The notes beneath the pieces were generated by a model. That model saw nothing but the letters and a program-made list of their open reading frames with translations, did not search any database and was not told the origin of the DNA. Source: Verrucomicrobiota bacterium (GTDB lineage: Bacteria > Verrucomicrobiota > Verrucomicrobiia > Limisphaerales > Palsa-1400). From it: a DNA stretch of 36,408 nt. How positions within the stretch are numbered: position 1 is the first letter of the stretch; the number at the start of each line of letters is the position of its first letter. Positions 10,349 through 19,434 of this stretch are shown piece after piece. Where the stretch lies: assembly GCA_049510745.1 (NCBI GenBank), contig JBEKYR010000050.1, forward strand, positions 1 to 36,408. Reading direction: 5' to 3'. The position numbers were made by a program, and so were the translations under genes.

Positions 10349-10483
10349 AAGCGCCGTTCGGCGGCCAAGGAGATGTTGACGCCGGCCTGCGTCCATAGGT
10401 TCAAGATTACCGAGTCTGCTCGCAAGCCTTTAATTTGGAATGGTTTGCGCCGTTTTATAGACTTGAAATATATTCGTCCGTTC

Positions 10484-10951
10484 GACATCGCCAGCCTCCG
10501 CGCCGAGGATCTTGACTACGAACGCCGCTGCTTCGTTTACGACCGCATGAAAACCGGGAACATGGGAGGGATGCGGATCGGCGACAAAGCCTGGGCCGTG
10601 ATCCTGCGACGCCCGCGCACCGGCCAGCTCTTTCCCTACCTCATCACGGAGCGGGAGGCCGGCCGGGCCACCGAGTTCAAACGGCGCTGCGAGGGGCTGG
10701 GCATCGACGGTGTGACGCTCCATTACTACCGCTACGCCTGGGCCGAGCGCTCGGCCGATAACGGCTACCCCGAGTGCTACGCCCAGCGCGTGCTGGGCCA
10801 GAACTCGAAAATCGTCCACCGCGCCTACGCGAAGAAGGCGCAGGGCGAGCTGCCGTCCCTCGAACTCTACGAGGAGGCCAACCGGAAGGCCAAGGAAAGC
10901 GGGAAGATTTTGGTGCTCCAGCACGAGGCCGAAGTGCCCAAGGTGGCATGA
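10484..10951 (+). pseudogene. Tyrosine integrase, C-terminal remnant
   Basis: DIASLRAEDLD...RMKTG...TLHYYRYAWAER...LGQNSKIVHRAY gives K, HxxR and Tyr motifs. The N-terminal domains and first catalytic Arg are absent, and LGH is changed to LGQ. The 10373-10483 ORF extension looks non-coding. Confidence 0.85.
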
Positions 10952-11009
10952 GCCATTCACTGATGCGATTCCAGCAGCAGTTTTTGATTATCGCCGGTCC
11001 ATGCGCCAT

Positions 11010-12632
11010 TCACAGTTTGGGCAGGGAAACATCGCTGAAACGGCGATCAAGTTCCGACCAGGCCGGGTTGTGATCGGGCCAAAACGACGCCCGCTGGCAC
11101 GGTCGCTGAAATAGGTGCGAGTCGAAGCGAAGCAGGCGGTTCATCTGGTGCATTGCCAGGCCATCCAAATTCAATTGCTCTTCGATCTCGGTTCCAGTCC
11201 GGGACACCAGCTCGCCAGAATTGTTCTTCGTCCGGAAGGCGACGTGGTTCATCAAGTTGATGACGGCAGCCTGCCAGTCCAACTGCTGGTGGTAGTAGGA
11301 CCGCATGACCTGCGGCCCCAGTTCCCTTTCCGACTGGCTTAGTTGGTTGGCTCGGCACACGTTGCCGCCCAGCCAGGATTGGGTTAAGTGGTTGGCGAGC
11401 GGATAGGTGCGAAAATCCGGGTCCTTGGACAACTTTTGGATCAGGCGCATGAAGTTGGTGTAATACGGCTCGACTCGTTGGAAATAATTGAAGCCTCGAA
11501 TGGCGGCATGCTCCGTATAAACGGCGTATGAAGTCAGGTCGCCCGGCTTGTCCAGTTCCATTCGCCAGTGGGTGAGCACGACGGCGAACACCATGGGCTG
11601 CATTTCGATCGGAAGTTGGAACGGAAGACCGTCATGCGTGCAGGCCCCCCGCACAAGACAAGTTGCATCTTCGAATCCTTCCCGATCCAATTCAAGGACA
11701 GTTTTGAGATCGGGATCCAGTGTCGCATAAACATGACTTTCGCTGTGCCGAGCGGTCACCCTCGAACCATTGGGCAAAAGCATGGCGCCGCGCTCATGGT
11801 CTTGGAGACTGAGATCGTTCCAAGAATTGGTTGCCTTATGAAACGGATAGCCGTAAAACCGATCCCCGTTTCCAAAGCGTGCCAGCACTCTCCAGGGATC
11901 GGGCTCGCAATCGACCACCGGATAGGCAAACCCTCCAGTGACCGGCAAGATGTCGGCGAATATTGGGGCAGGAGCATCAACCAATTCGCCCAATTTTGTC
12001 TGGGGGTACAGATATTTGGCTGGAAACAATTGCACGGGGCAGAGTCCCCGTGCCAGGGATGCCAGAAATAAAAAGCTCTTTTCGAGTTGGATATGCGGGG
12101 TCAAGGCAAACCCGATTTGCGGCAGCCCCAAAATCAAGGTGGTCACGACCCCTTGAAGAACCTGTGGCTTCAAATCCTGCCAGAACTGGTAGTGGTAGCG
12201 CAAATGGCGCGCGTTAATGCCTAGCCAGGCGGACTGGGACGCCGACTGGAACCACGGCGCCTTCGTCAAAGAGGCGTGTTCGGGCGGAATCGCCATCATC
12301 TGCGGGAGCTGCGGCACCGCCCGAATTCGCGGAGTGTATTCCCAGTCGCGCAGGCATTCCGGAGAATTTCCGGTGCCAGATGCCTCGATACACTGCTGGA
12401 TGGTAAGTCCGTCCGGCAGGGAAAAGTCAGTAAGAGCTTTCGCGCGCGCCAAGGGAATGGCGCAGTTCAGAACGCGGTTTGTCCACGAAGAACCCTGGAG
12501 AAATGCTGAGAGAGCGTTCTCCGTGTGCTCGCCGCCCGGAAGAGCCATGGCGTCCCATCGCTCACGAAGGCCAGCCTCAAATTGGGAGGTGGCCTGTCGC
12601 CAGCCATTGTTTTGTTTCACGATTGATTGCAT
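11010..12632 (-). CDS. Hypothetical protein, ~540 aa, no recognised family
   Basis: Long open frame. ATG at 12632 is preceded by AAAAGGACGC (RBS-like). The extension to 13157 overlaps the opposite-strand gene and is rejected. Confidence 0.75.
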   Translation of the reverse strand: MQSIVKQNNGWRQATSQFEAGLRERWDAMALPGGEHTENALSAFLQGSSWTNRVLNCAIPLARAKALTDFSLPDGLTIQQCIEASGTGNSPECLRDWEYTPRIRAVPQLPQMMAIPPEHASLTKAPWFQSASQSAWLGINARHLRYHYQFWQDLKPQVLQGVVTTLILGLPQIGFALTPHIQLEKSFLFLASLARGLCPVQLFPAKYLYPQTKLGELVDAPAPIFADILPVTGGFAYPVVDCEPDPWRVLARFGNGDRFYGYPFHKATNSWNDLSLQDHERGAMLLPNGSRVTARHSESHVYATLDPDLKTVLELDREGFEDATCLVRGACTHDGLPFQLPIEMQPMVFAVVLTHWRMELDKPGDLTSYAVYTEHAAIRGFNYFQRVEPYYTNFMRLIQKLSKDPDFRTYPLANHLTQSWLGGNVCRANQLSQSERELGPQVMRSYYHQQLDWQAAVINLMNHVAFRTKNNSGELVSRTGTEIEEQLNLDGLAMHQMNRLLRFDSHLFQRPCQRASFWPDHNPAWSELDRRFSDVSLPKL

Positions 12633-12753
12633 GCGTCCTTTTCTTTTTAGGCGGAAGCCAGTAACGATTGAAAACAGTGACATGGATGACACGCGCCATT
12701 TTTGAACAACGGCCGGCGCCCAAGCCGAAGAAAGCCCGTGATGCCATGAAGAA

Positions 12754-13326
12754 ATGAAACCTGACAACAACTCAAAAGGCGGGACCGACATCCCGGAAAA
12801 GCTGCTGAAAATCTCCGCCGAGATCGCGGCGCGCGGCCATGCAAACCTTACCAGGCTCACCGTTCTGAAGAAGTGGTTTGGCCACCCGGGACGGCTGCCT
12901 CCGTTCGCCATCTGGGTGGCGAGACGGGCGACCTCGGGCAACGGCAAAACAGGGGTTGAAGCGGCCGAGCTTTTCCGCCAGACTCGGACGCTGTTGGCCA
13001 AGGTGAACCCATACGCCCCCAAAGTGGACCGGCAATTGGCAAGGGCGCTGCACGATCGGCTTCGGAAATTCCAAAATGAATACAAAAACCAGCAATGGGG
13101 GCCAGTGCGCATCATCCACAATTGGGACCTTCTGCTCGTGGAGCAGGCGCTGGCCATCTGCCTCTGGTATTCTGACTCACCCGCGCTCGGCTACAAACTG
13201 GCGGCGGATTATTGCCAGCACTTTGACTCCCACTACGGCAACGGCCTGAACGGTCCCAGCCGCACGAAAATTGAAGAGATGGCCCGCTTCATAATTAAGC
13301 TGGAGGCTATGCAAAAAGTCCTTTAA
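12754..13326 (+). CDS. Hypothetical protein, 190 aa
   Basis: Protein-like helical ORF, divergent from the 540-aa gene across an AT-richer spacer. Confidence 0.7.
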   Translation: MKPDNNSKGGTDIPEKLLKISAEIAARGHANLTRLTVLKKWFGHPGRLPPFAIWVARRATSGNGKTGVEAAELFRQTRTLLAKVNPYAPKVDRQLARALHDRLRKFQNEYKNQQWGPVRIIHNWDLLLVEQALAICLWYSDSPALGYKLAADYCQHFDSHYGNGLNGPSRTKIEEMARFIIKLEAMQKVL

Positions 13327-13501
13327 TGAGCAGCCCAAGAATGGCCAAAAGAACCACCACAACCACGGCAACCGACCAAATAGAGCATTGCTTCGCCGAA
13401 CGTGTGTCCCGCGACCCGGACCTTTCACCCGTCCGAGCCGACTGCGTGCGAAGGCCAGCGTGGGAGTGCAGGATAGCGGTGGAGCCAGCTTAACCCAGAT
13501 C

Positions 13502-13825
13502 ATGGACATCGGCGACGCCATCATCGAAATCCTCGGTAAAGCGGAAGCCATCAAGCTGCCGCGTGAGCGGCTCGATGTCGTCACCGCGGCGCGGCGGGAA
13601 TTTGCAAAGCGCCGGTGTTGTGATGTCAGATTCATTGACCCCATTGAGCGAACGCTCAGGAAGTGTCTGCGGAACTGGACGCTGGAGCAAAAACGGGAAA
13701 TCTGGTTGAGCACCGAGACGGGTGCTGCAAGTGGCTGCGCCGTCGAGGACTATGACGAATCAAGCATCGACATGGATTTGGAAGGCGAGCTAATGCATCA
13801 CGTGATTGAAGAATTATCGCATTAG
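13502..13825 (+). CDS. Hypothetical protein, ~107 aa, acidic C-terminus
   Basis: MDIGDAIIEILGKAE...DMDLEGELMHHVIEELSH. The ATG at 13502 is preferred over the upstream alternative start. Confidence 0.55.
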   Translation: MDIGDAIIEILGKAEAIKLPRERLDVVTAARREFAKRRCCDVRFIDPIERTLRKCLRNWTLEQKREIWLSTETGAASGCAVEDYDESSIDMDLEGELMHHVIEELSH

Positions 13826-13839
13826 GAAAATACAGCCGT

Positions 13840-14115
13840 ATGCAATTGATCGTTTCATCGTCCCGGAACACCGGTAGTGCCCTGCTCCTCGAAGACGGCC
13901 TCTTCGCTGGCCGGCGCTATCGTTTGGAAATCCGCATTTGCCAAAACCCCGGTTGCCAGTGTGAGCAGGTTGGTCTCCACTGCCTCCCCGAAACAAATGA
14001 TCCGACATAACCCCCGCCCTCCGCTCCCATCTGCGTTAAAATGGATTTGGCCCAGGGCGCCATCGCCTCATACACGCAGCCGGACTTGCAGCGGAACGAA
14101 GTGGGCGATTTTTAA
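13840..14115 (+). pseudogene. Remnant of a CxNPxCxC metal-binding protein
   Basis: MQLIVSSSRNTGSALLLEDGLFAGRRYRLEIRICQNPGCQCEQVGLHC..., then TAA at 14008-14010. The frame stays protein-like to 14115. Not in the ORF track (56 aa). Confidence 0.45.
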
Positions 14116-14131
14116 GAGAGCGTGAGAACGC

Positions 14132-14371
14132 TCATGGCCTGGACGGTGCATAGTACACGGCGCAAGCGAAGAGAAGCCAGCAGACGGCGCAGATTACGTG
14201 CGTTTGCCAGCGAAACGAGCCGCGGCCCATTCCGTCAAGCGTCCAATCATGGTGTCGAAACACGGGATGGCGGCGGATCGGCAGAACGATCAACCAGAGC
14301 GGCAGGAGCGTTATCCTTTTAATCACCCTGGCAAACGCACGCCCAATCAGGGTGAGTCGATTTGTGGGCAT
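14132..14371 (-). CDS. Small putative membrane protein, 79 aa
   Basis: Two hydrophobic segments (ITLLPLWLIVLPI, VICAVCWLLFACAVYY). Co-oriented just downstream of ssb. Confidence 0.45.
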   Translation of the reverse strand: MPTNRLTLIGRAFARVIKRITLLPLWLIVLPIRRHPVFRHHDWTLDGMGRGSFRWQTHVICAVCWLLFACAVYYAPSRP

Positions 14372-14433
14372 ACGAGGATTATAGCGGGACGTTGTTCACT
14401 GGGCACCGGATTGTGCGGGCCACAACCTTCGGC

Positions 14434-14850
14434 TCAAAAGGGCGGCGCATCTCGCGATGGGCCGCCCGGCGGCGGCGTTGTCCGGTTGTTTTCCGTGCCG
14501 TTGGCCGATGGTGACGAATTCTGCGCGCGCGGTTCCGGGGTGAAGAACTGGACCGAATCCACGACCAACACCAACTGCGAACGCGTCGCGCCGTCGTCGC
14601 TCCACGTCTCCGTGCGCCAGCGGCCCTCGACGATGAGGGTGTCCCCTTTTGCGTGGCGAGCCACTGCCTCGGCCCACCACCCGAAACTCTTGCAGGGGAC
14701 AAACGCCGTCTCTTCCTGCCACACGTCCGTTTTGTCCCGATAGCGCCTGTTGGAGGCAATGGTGAAAAAGGCCATCTTGGAGCCATTATTGCGAACGACG
14801 GGGTCGCGAACCAAGCGACCGCTCATGACTGTGATGTTGAGGTCTGCCAT
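14434..14850 (-). CDS. ssb: Single-stranded DNA-binding protein, mobile-element type
   Basis: N.TVMSGRLVRDP, FTIASNRRY, WQEETAFV, KGDTLIVEGRWRTETW OB-fold, flexible tail ending DAPPF. Confidence 0.93.
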   Translation of the reverse strand: MADLNITVMSGRLVRDPVVRNNGSKMAFFTIASNRRYRDKTDVWQEETAFVPCKSFGWWAEAVARHAKGDTLIVEGRWRTETWSDDGATRSQLVLVVDSVQFFTPEPRAQNSSPSANGTENNRTTPPPGGPSRDAPPF

Positions 14851-15214
14851 AATTTTGTCTTTCGGTTGTTAGTAGTTGCGCCGGCCTTTGTTTGAACCGA
14901 CTTCGAGCTTTGTGTTTGACGCCATTTTTCGCCGAGGCACTGGCTGGCTGATTTCACGGCGTGTCAATAATTTAGCTGGCACGAAAAGGATTTGAAAACA
15001 ACTGATAAGGCGAGGCGCGGGGCCGCGCGGTCTTGGCTCTCCAGCGGCACGTCGCGAATTAGAGTATTCGGCCAGGCCATCGGGCAGCGGCCAACGCTGT
15101 GCTCCTGCACCCGTTCGCCATCCGTTTGCCTGAGGCCATCATCCGCTGGACGGCGGCGCGCAATTAGCTGCAAACAGTCCATTGCCAAGATCGCTTACTG
15201 CCGGCGAGGCGACC

Positions 15215-15340
15215 ATGTTTCTGGACCAGATGGTGGAGCAGTTATTGGTCAGTCGGGACAGCCCGCGGCCAGCGCTCATGGTTTTGGGGGCGGTCGGCAT
15301 TCTGCTCGGTCTGCTGGTGGTCTGCGTGGGCAGCCGTTGA
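15215..15340 (+). CDS. Candidate 41-aa single-TM peptide
   Basis: GAGGCGACC-ATG, then MFLDQMVEQLLVSRDSPRPALMVLGAVGILLGLLVVCVGSR*. Confidence 0.35.
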   Translation: MFLDQMVEQLLVSRDSPRPALMVLGAVGILLGLLVVCVGSR

Positions 15341-15577
15341 ATATCCAATCGGCGAAACGCGGCACTGGGGTTCTCCATGCGTTCGGGGCTGGCCTTCAGC
15401 AGGTGCAGGCCATGTACCCGAATCCGGCTACGCGGCCCCGCCATTTGGACCCGGTGAAGGTTTCGAAATGGATTTACGCTCACCCCTCCTTTCGGATGCG
15501 GGATGTTCATGAGCGCCATCCGAAGGAAGACCCCTGGCAGGAGCACCTGGCATTTTGACGGTGTGCAATTCCGCGCT

Positions 15578-15612
15578 TGCACAATTCCTCAAATAAGTTG
15601 AGGATATGTGCA
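15578..15612. promoter_or_regulatory. Inverted-repeat operator of the abiE operon
   Basis: TGCACAATTCCTCAA-N5-TTGAGGATATGTGCA (13/15 symmetric). It overlaps a TTGCAC -35-like hexamer and the GAGGA RBS. Confidence 0.65.
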
Positions 15613-16208
15613 TGAAGAAAAGCGATCCTTTTGCGGCTCTGATGACGGTGGCGCAAGACCAGCAAGGTTACTTTACTACCAAGCAGGCGATTGAGGCCGG
15701 TTACGCGGACAACACGCACCCGTATCACGTCCATGCGGGGAATTGGGAGCGAGTGTACCGGGGTATCTACCGGATGGCGCATTTTCCGCCGCCAGAGGAC
15801 GGGGAGATGATGGCCTGGCTGCTTTGGTCACGGGGGCGCGACGAAAAGCCGGTGGCCGCAATGTCGCACCAAACCGCCCTCAGCCTGTTCGAGTTGGGTG
15901 ATTTCAACCCGGCCAAAGTTCACATGAGCGTGCCGAAAACATTCCGTCGCAACAGCCCGACTCCCAACGCGGTCGTGCTGCACCGCGCGACACTGACACC
16001 CGCTGAGGTCACGCAACTGCGCGGCCTGACGGTATGCCGCCCGCTGCGGGCGCTGTGCGACCTGGCCAACGCAAACCCGGATGCCGCCGCCGACCTCCGC
16101 CCCATCGCGGTTGAGGCGCGGCGGCGCGGTCTTATCACAGAGCGCGAACTTTCAGCCATGAAAGAGCGGAAGGATGCGCGGAAAATCGTCGTCGCCCTGT
16201 TGCCATGA
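15612..16208 (+). CDS. abiEi: Type IV TA antitoxin, AbiEi family transcriptional regulator
   Basis: AQDQQGYFTTKQA..AG...WERVYRGIYRM wHTH, SHQTALSLFEL, KVHMSVP. Alternative start at 15606. ATGA overlap with the toxin gene. Confidence 0.9.
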   Translation: MKKSDPFAALMTVAQDQQGYFTTKQAIEAGYADNTHPYHVHAGNWERVYRGIYRMAHFPPPEDGEMMAWLLWSRGRDEKPVAAMSHQTALSLFELGDFNPAKVHMSVPKTFRRNSPTPNAVVLHRATLTPAEVTQLRGLTVCRPLRALCDLANANPDAAADLRPIAVEARRRGLITERELSAMKERKDARKIVVALLP

Positions 16209-17062
16209 GTCGTTACCAAACGCCCCAAGCCCTGCGCCGCGCCCTGGAGGATCGCCTCTTGGCTTTGGTGCGGCGTGAGGGTGGCGACATCAACCGTTTG
16301 CGCCGCCAAACGGCGTTTGATCGCCTGTTGTGCCGCCTTTTCCGTGAAGCGAACGCTCCCTGGCTGCTCAAAGGCGGCTATGCGATGGAACTTCGCATCC
16401 AAGCGGCGCGAACGACGCGCGACATTGATCTTGCCATCCGGCAGCTGCCGGGGGGAGCCAGACAGTGGGATGACGCCGCCATTCGGAGTCTGTTGGAGAA
16501 CGCCGCTGCATTTGATCTTGAGGACAGCTTTGAGTTTATCATTGGCGAGCCGACAATGGATTTGGACGCCGCGCCGTATGGCGGCTCGCGCTACCCGGTG
16601 GAGGCGCGGATGGCTGGACGGCGGTTCGCAAAATTTCATCTCGACGTGAGCGCCGGCGACGTGCTCCGGGAACCTTACGAAATTCTCGAAGGACGAGACT
16701 GGCTTGGCTTTGCCGGGTTGCCGAAAGCGAAAATACCCGCCGTCTCGCGGGAAGAACAGTTCGCCGAGAAGCTGCACGCCTATACCCTGCCGAGGCAAGG
16801 CCGCCCGAACACGCGCGTCAAAGATTTGGTGGATTTGGTTTTGTTGTCCGTGTCCGGCACGCTCGATGCCGCGCGGGTCCGCGAGAGCATCGCGGCCACA
16901 TTCCGCCGTCGCGCGACGCATCCTGTGCCCGCAACGCTTCCTCCGCCCTCGGAAGCTTGGCGTGGACCTTTCGCTGACCTGGCCAGCGAGTGCGGCATGG
17001 CCCCGGAAATCGAAGCCCATTTCACACAAGTGGCCGGGTTTCTGGCGCGGGTCCTTTCGTAG
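16205..17062 (+). CDS. abiEii: Type IV TA toxin, AbiEii/AbiGii nucleotidyltransferase
   Basis: WLLKGGYAM...RTTRDIDL, AEKLHAY, NTRVKDLVDL motifs. Confidence 0.92.
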   Translation: MSRYQTPQALRRALEDRLLALVRREGGDINRLRRQTAFDRLLCRLFREANAPWLLKGGYAMELRIQAARTTRDIDLAIRQLPGGARQWDDAAIRSLLENAAAFDLEDSFEFIIGEPTMDLDAAPYGGSRYPVEARMAGRRFAKFHLDVSAGDVLREPYEILEGRDWLGFAGLPKAKIPAVSREEQFAEKLHAYTLPRQGRPNTRVKDLVDLVLLSVSGTLDAARVRESIAATFRRRATHPVPATLPPPSEAWRGPFADLASECGMAPEIEAHFTQVAGFLARVLS

Positions 17063-17066
17063 ATTT

Positions 17067-17705
17067 TCATGCCGCCTTTGTGCTGTCCTCGGAATGGTGT
17101 GTTTGACTGGACTTGCGCTCGCCTCTCCTTTGGGCTGTGGGGTGAGCCGGCGCGTCGTCCAATGGCTGCGGCACGGGAACGGTGGCGGTTGGGAATTTGA
17201 TGGCGTTCAATTCCTTGCGCACGCCGGCCACAACAAGGCGCTGGTACACCCGGTGGATTTCCTCGCTGGCGTGGTTGACCAGCTTCATCATTTGGGACTG
17301 TGGCACGCTCTGCTTGGCCCCGCGCGTGATGAACGTGACGCGGGTGCAATGGAACGTCAGGTGCGGCAGGTTCAACTCGTCGTTTTGTTTGAAAAACCGC
17401 CACCACATTTTTGAGGGCTTTTCCCATTTGCTGGCAGTGGTGATGAAGTCGTAAACCGTCTTGTCGTCGCCCCGTTCCGCTTTGAGCCAGGCAAGGAAGG
17501 GTCCTGAATCTTTAAGGCACAGAGGCAGGACGGCGGAGAAATCGGTCGCCATCTGGACCTCGAAGTTGACGTCGAAGACCGCGCGGCGTTTGTGCGTGAC
17601 AAGCCGCCAAAAAAGGCTACATCGGCGGCACGGTCTGGCTTGGCTTCTCCTATCTCCCGCACGGGAGTAGGCCTCAGCCTTCCATGGTCGCGGAGCATGC
17701 TTCAT
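17067..17705 (-). pseudogene. Second tyrosine integrase remnant, internally deleted
   Basis: HLTFHCTRVTFITR...MKLVNHASEEIHRVYQR gives HxxR, H and Y. FEVQMAT is not followed by the expected G.R motif, and the ORF is far too short for a full integrase. Confidence 0.8.
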
Positions 17706-17988
17706 GTCTGGGTGGCGGCCTGGACAGTATGAGGTTGCTGGGTTTCCTTCTCGGCACGCTTCTTGGCAACCCGGGCTGTAGCTTGAGCGCGGCGCTGGGC
17801 ACAAAAAGCCTGCCGCTGTTCAGGGCTCATGTTGGCGTAATAGGCCCTCCGAGCGGCACTCATCTTCGCGCTAATCGTTTTCCGCTTTTCTGGGGTCCAA
17901 TTGGCTCTGCTTTGCCTGGCCTTTTCATTCATTGCCGCCGCCCACTGCTTCACCTGTTCAGGGCTTCGGCTCAGGCTTTCGAGGTGCC
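17702..17988 (-). pseudogene. 3' part of a basic helical protein truncated by the IS
   Basis: SPEQVKQW...WTPEKRKTISAKMSAARRAYYANMSPEQRQAF (NUMOD3-like repeats). The stop overlaps the integrase-remnant ATG, and the 5' part runs into the IS end. Confidence 0.45.
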
Positions 17989-19264
17989 TGTGGGTGGCAG
18001 AAATTCCGTCGCGAATCGAAAGGATTGATTGGCGAGGATTTGCGTGCAAGCTGCGGTGGTATGTTTGAGTTTCTCAGGATGATTCTGAACTACTTATGGT
18101 CCTCGATCCGACCTCGGCACGAACTGGCCATGGAGGTGCTTGCCCTGCGGCACCAGATCACCGTGCTCAAACGGCAGAGGCCCAAGCCGAAACTTCGCCC
18201 GTGGGACCGGCGGGTTTGGACGTTACTTAAGAGAGTTTGGCCGAATTGGAGAACTTCGTTGATGATCTGCTGACCGGAGACTGTCATCGGCTGGCAACGA
18301 GCCGGATTCAGGATGTTCTGGCGATGGAAGTCCAAGCGGCAGCCTGGGCGACCTGGAAAGGACCCGGCATTGATCCAACTTATCCGCCGGATGTGGGCCG
18401 TCAACCCGACTTGGGGCAGTCCGCGGATTCGCGACGAACTGGCGAAACTGGGTCTGGAAGTTTCGACCGCAACGATCAGGAAGTACCGCCCCGAGTCCGG
18501 ACGCCGATCTTCACAAAGTTGGCGGACCTTTCTCCAGAACCATGCGGCGGCCATGGCCGCCATGGATTTCTTTGTGGTGCCGACGGTGACTTTTCGTCTG
18601 CTCTACGTGTTGGTCGTCATGAACCATGAACGGCGCAAAATCGTCCATTTCAACATGACAGATGCTCCCACGGCCGCGTGGACCGCGCAACAAATCGTCC
18701 ATGCGTTCCCCTACGACACCGCACCCAGGTATCTGTTGCGGGATCGCGATTCGATCTACGGATCGATCTTCATGCAGCGGGTTGCCGGCAGGGGCATCGA
18801 GCAGAAGTTGATCTCCCCGAGATCTCCTTGGCAGAACCCATTCCTCGAGCGGTTGGTGGGTTCCATTCGGCGGGAATGCCTGGATCGCGTAATCGTGTTC
18901 AATGAACGGCAGCTGCGACAACTTCTCCAATCTTATTTCGAATATTACCATAAAGTCCGTCCACACCGATCTCTGTCGCACGACATTCCAATCTCACGGC
19001 CGGTAGAGCCACCGGAGCGCGGAAAGGTGGTCGAGCTGACGCTGGTCGGTGGTCTGCATCACCACTACCTGCGGCAGGCTGCCTGAGGCCGCGCCTGCAT
19101 TTGGCACCATCGCCGACATCGCGAAAAAAAGCCTCGCACTGTGGCTATTCACGCGCATGGGGCCAGGGTCCTCGGTGCCGCCCGTTGTTCAAGTGCAAAA
19201 GTATACGCACCGCGCTGAGTGGACGACTGATTTTTCGGTTGCGACGGGTTTTCTGCCACCCACA
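17989..19264 (+). mobile_element. Insertion sequence, 1276 bp, IS481-like (TGT...ACA ends)
   Basis: IRL 17989-18012 TGTGGGTGGCAGAAATTCCGTCGC; IRR 19241-19264 reverse complement TGTGGGTGGCAGAAAACCCGTCGC (22/24). No flanking direct repeat. Confidence 0.88.
18061..19086 (+). pseudogene. Integrase-core (rve) DDE transposase with in-frame TGA at 18271-18273
   Basis: Single frame MFEFLRM...LMIC*PETVIGWQRAGFRMFW...NPTWGSPRI. DDE candidates AMDFF, LLRDRD, QNPFLER. Confidence 0.88.
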
Positions 19265-19433
19265 GCGGTCCCACACCAGCGGTAATTGGCCGCGCATCGA
19301 GACTGGTTAGCACTGCCGCAGCTTCTCCAATACGGGTACGGAGTCCGGGTGCGGCAGGGGGGTGGCGATGCGCCGATACTTGGTATCGACGCGCGGGACG
19401 TTTTTTGGGGGTGATGTCGAATTCCTGGCCCAT
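19265..19433 (-). pseudogene. 5' fragment of a class III aminotransferase, paralogue of 26456-27874
   Basis: MGQEFDITPK/NVPRVDTKYRRIATPLPHPDSVPVLEKLRQC*PVSMRGQLPLVWDR. Frameshift in the homopolymer at 19401-19406, stop at 19307-19309, cut exactly at the IS end. Confidence 0.9.
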
Positions 19434-19434
19434 G

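Noticed and set aside
12633..13157. N-terminal extension making the orphan ORF 715 aa
   Set aside because: It is antisense to the 12754-13326 gene, and there is a better RBS-backed ATG at 12632.
7706..18273. Genome-wide TGA recoding or selenocysteine, suggested by two in-frame TGAs
   Set aside because: TGA terminates several clearly complete genes here (6756, 19086, 29196). Neither site is a Cys-equivalent position, and TAA lesions also occur.
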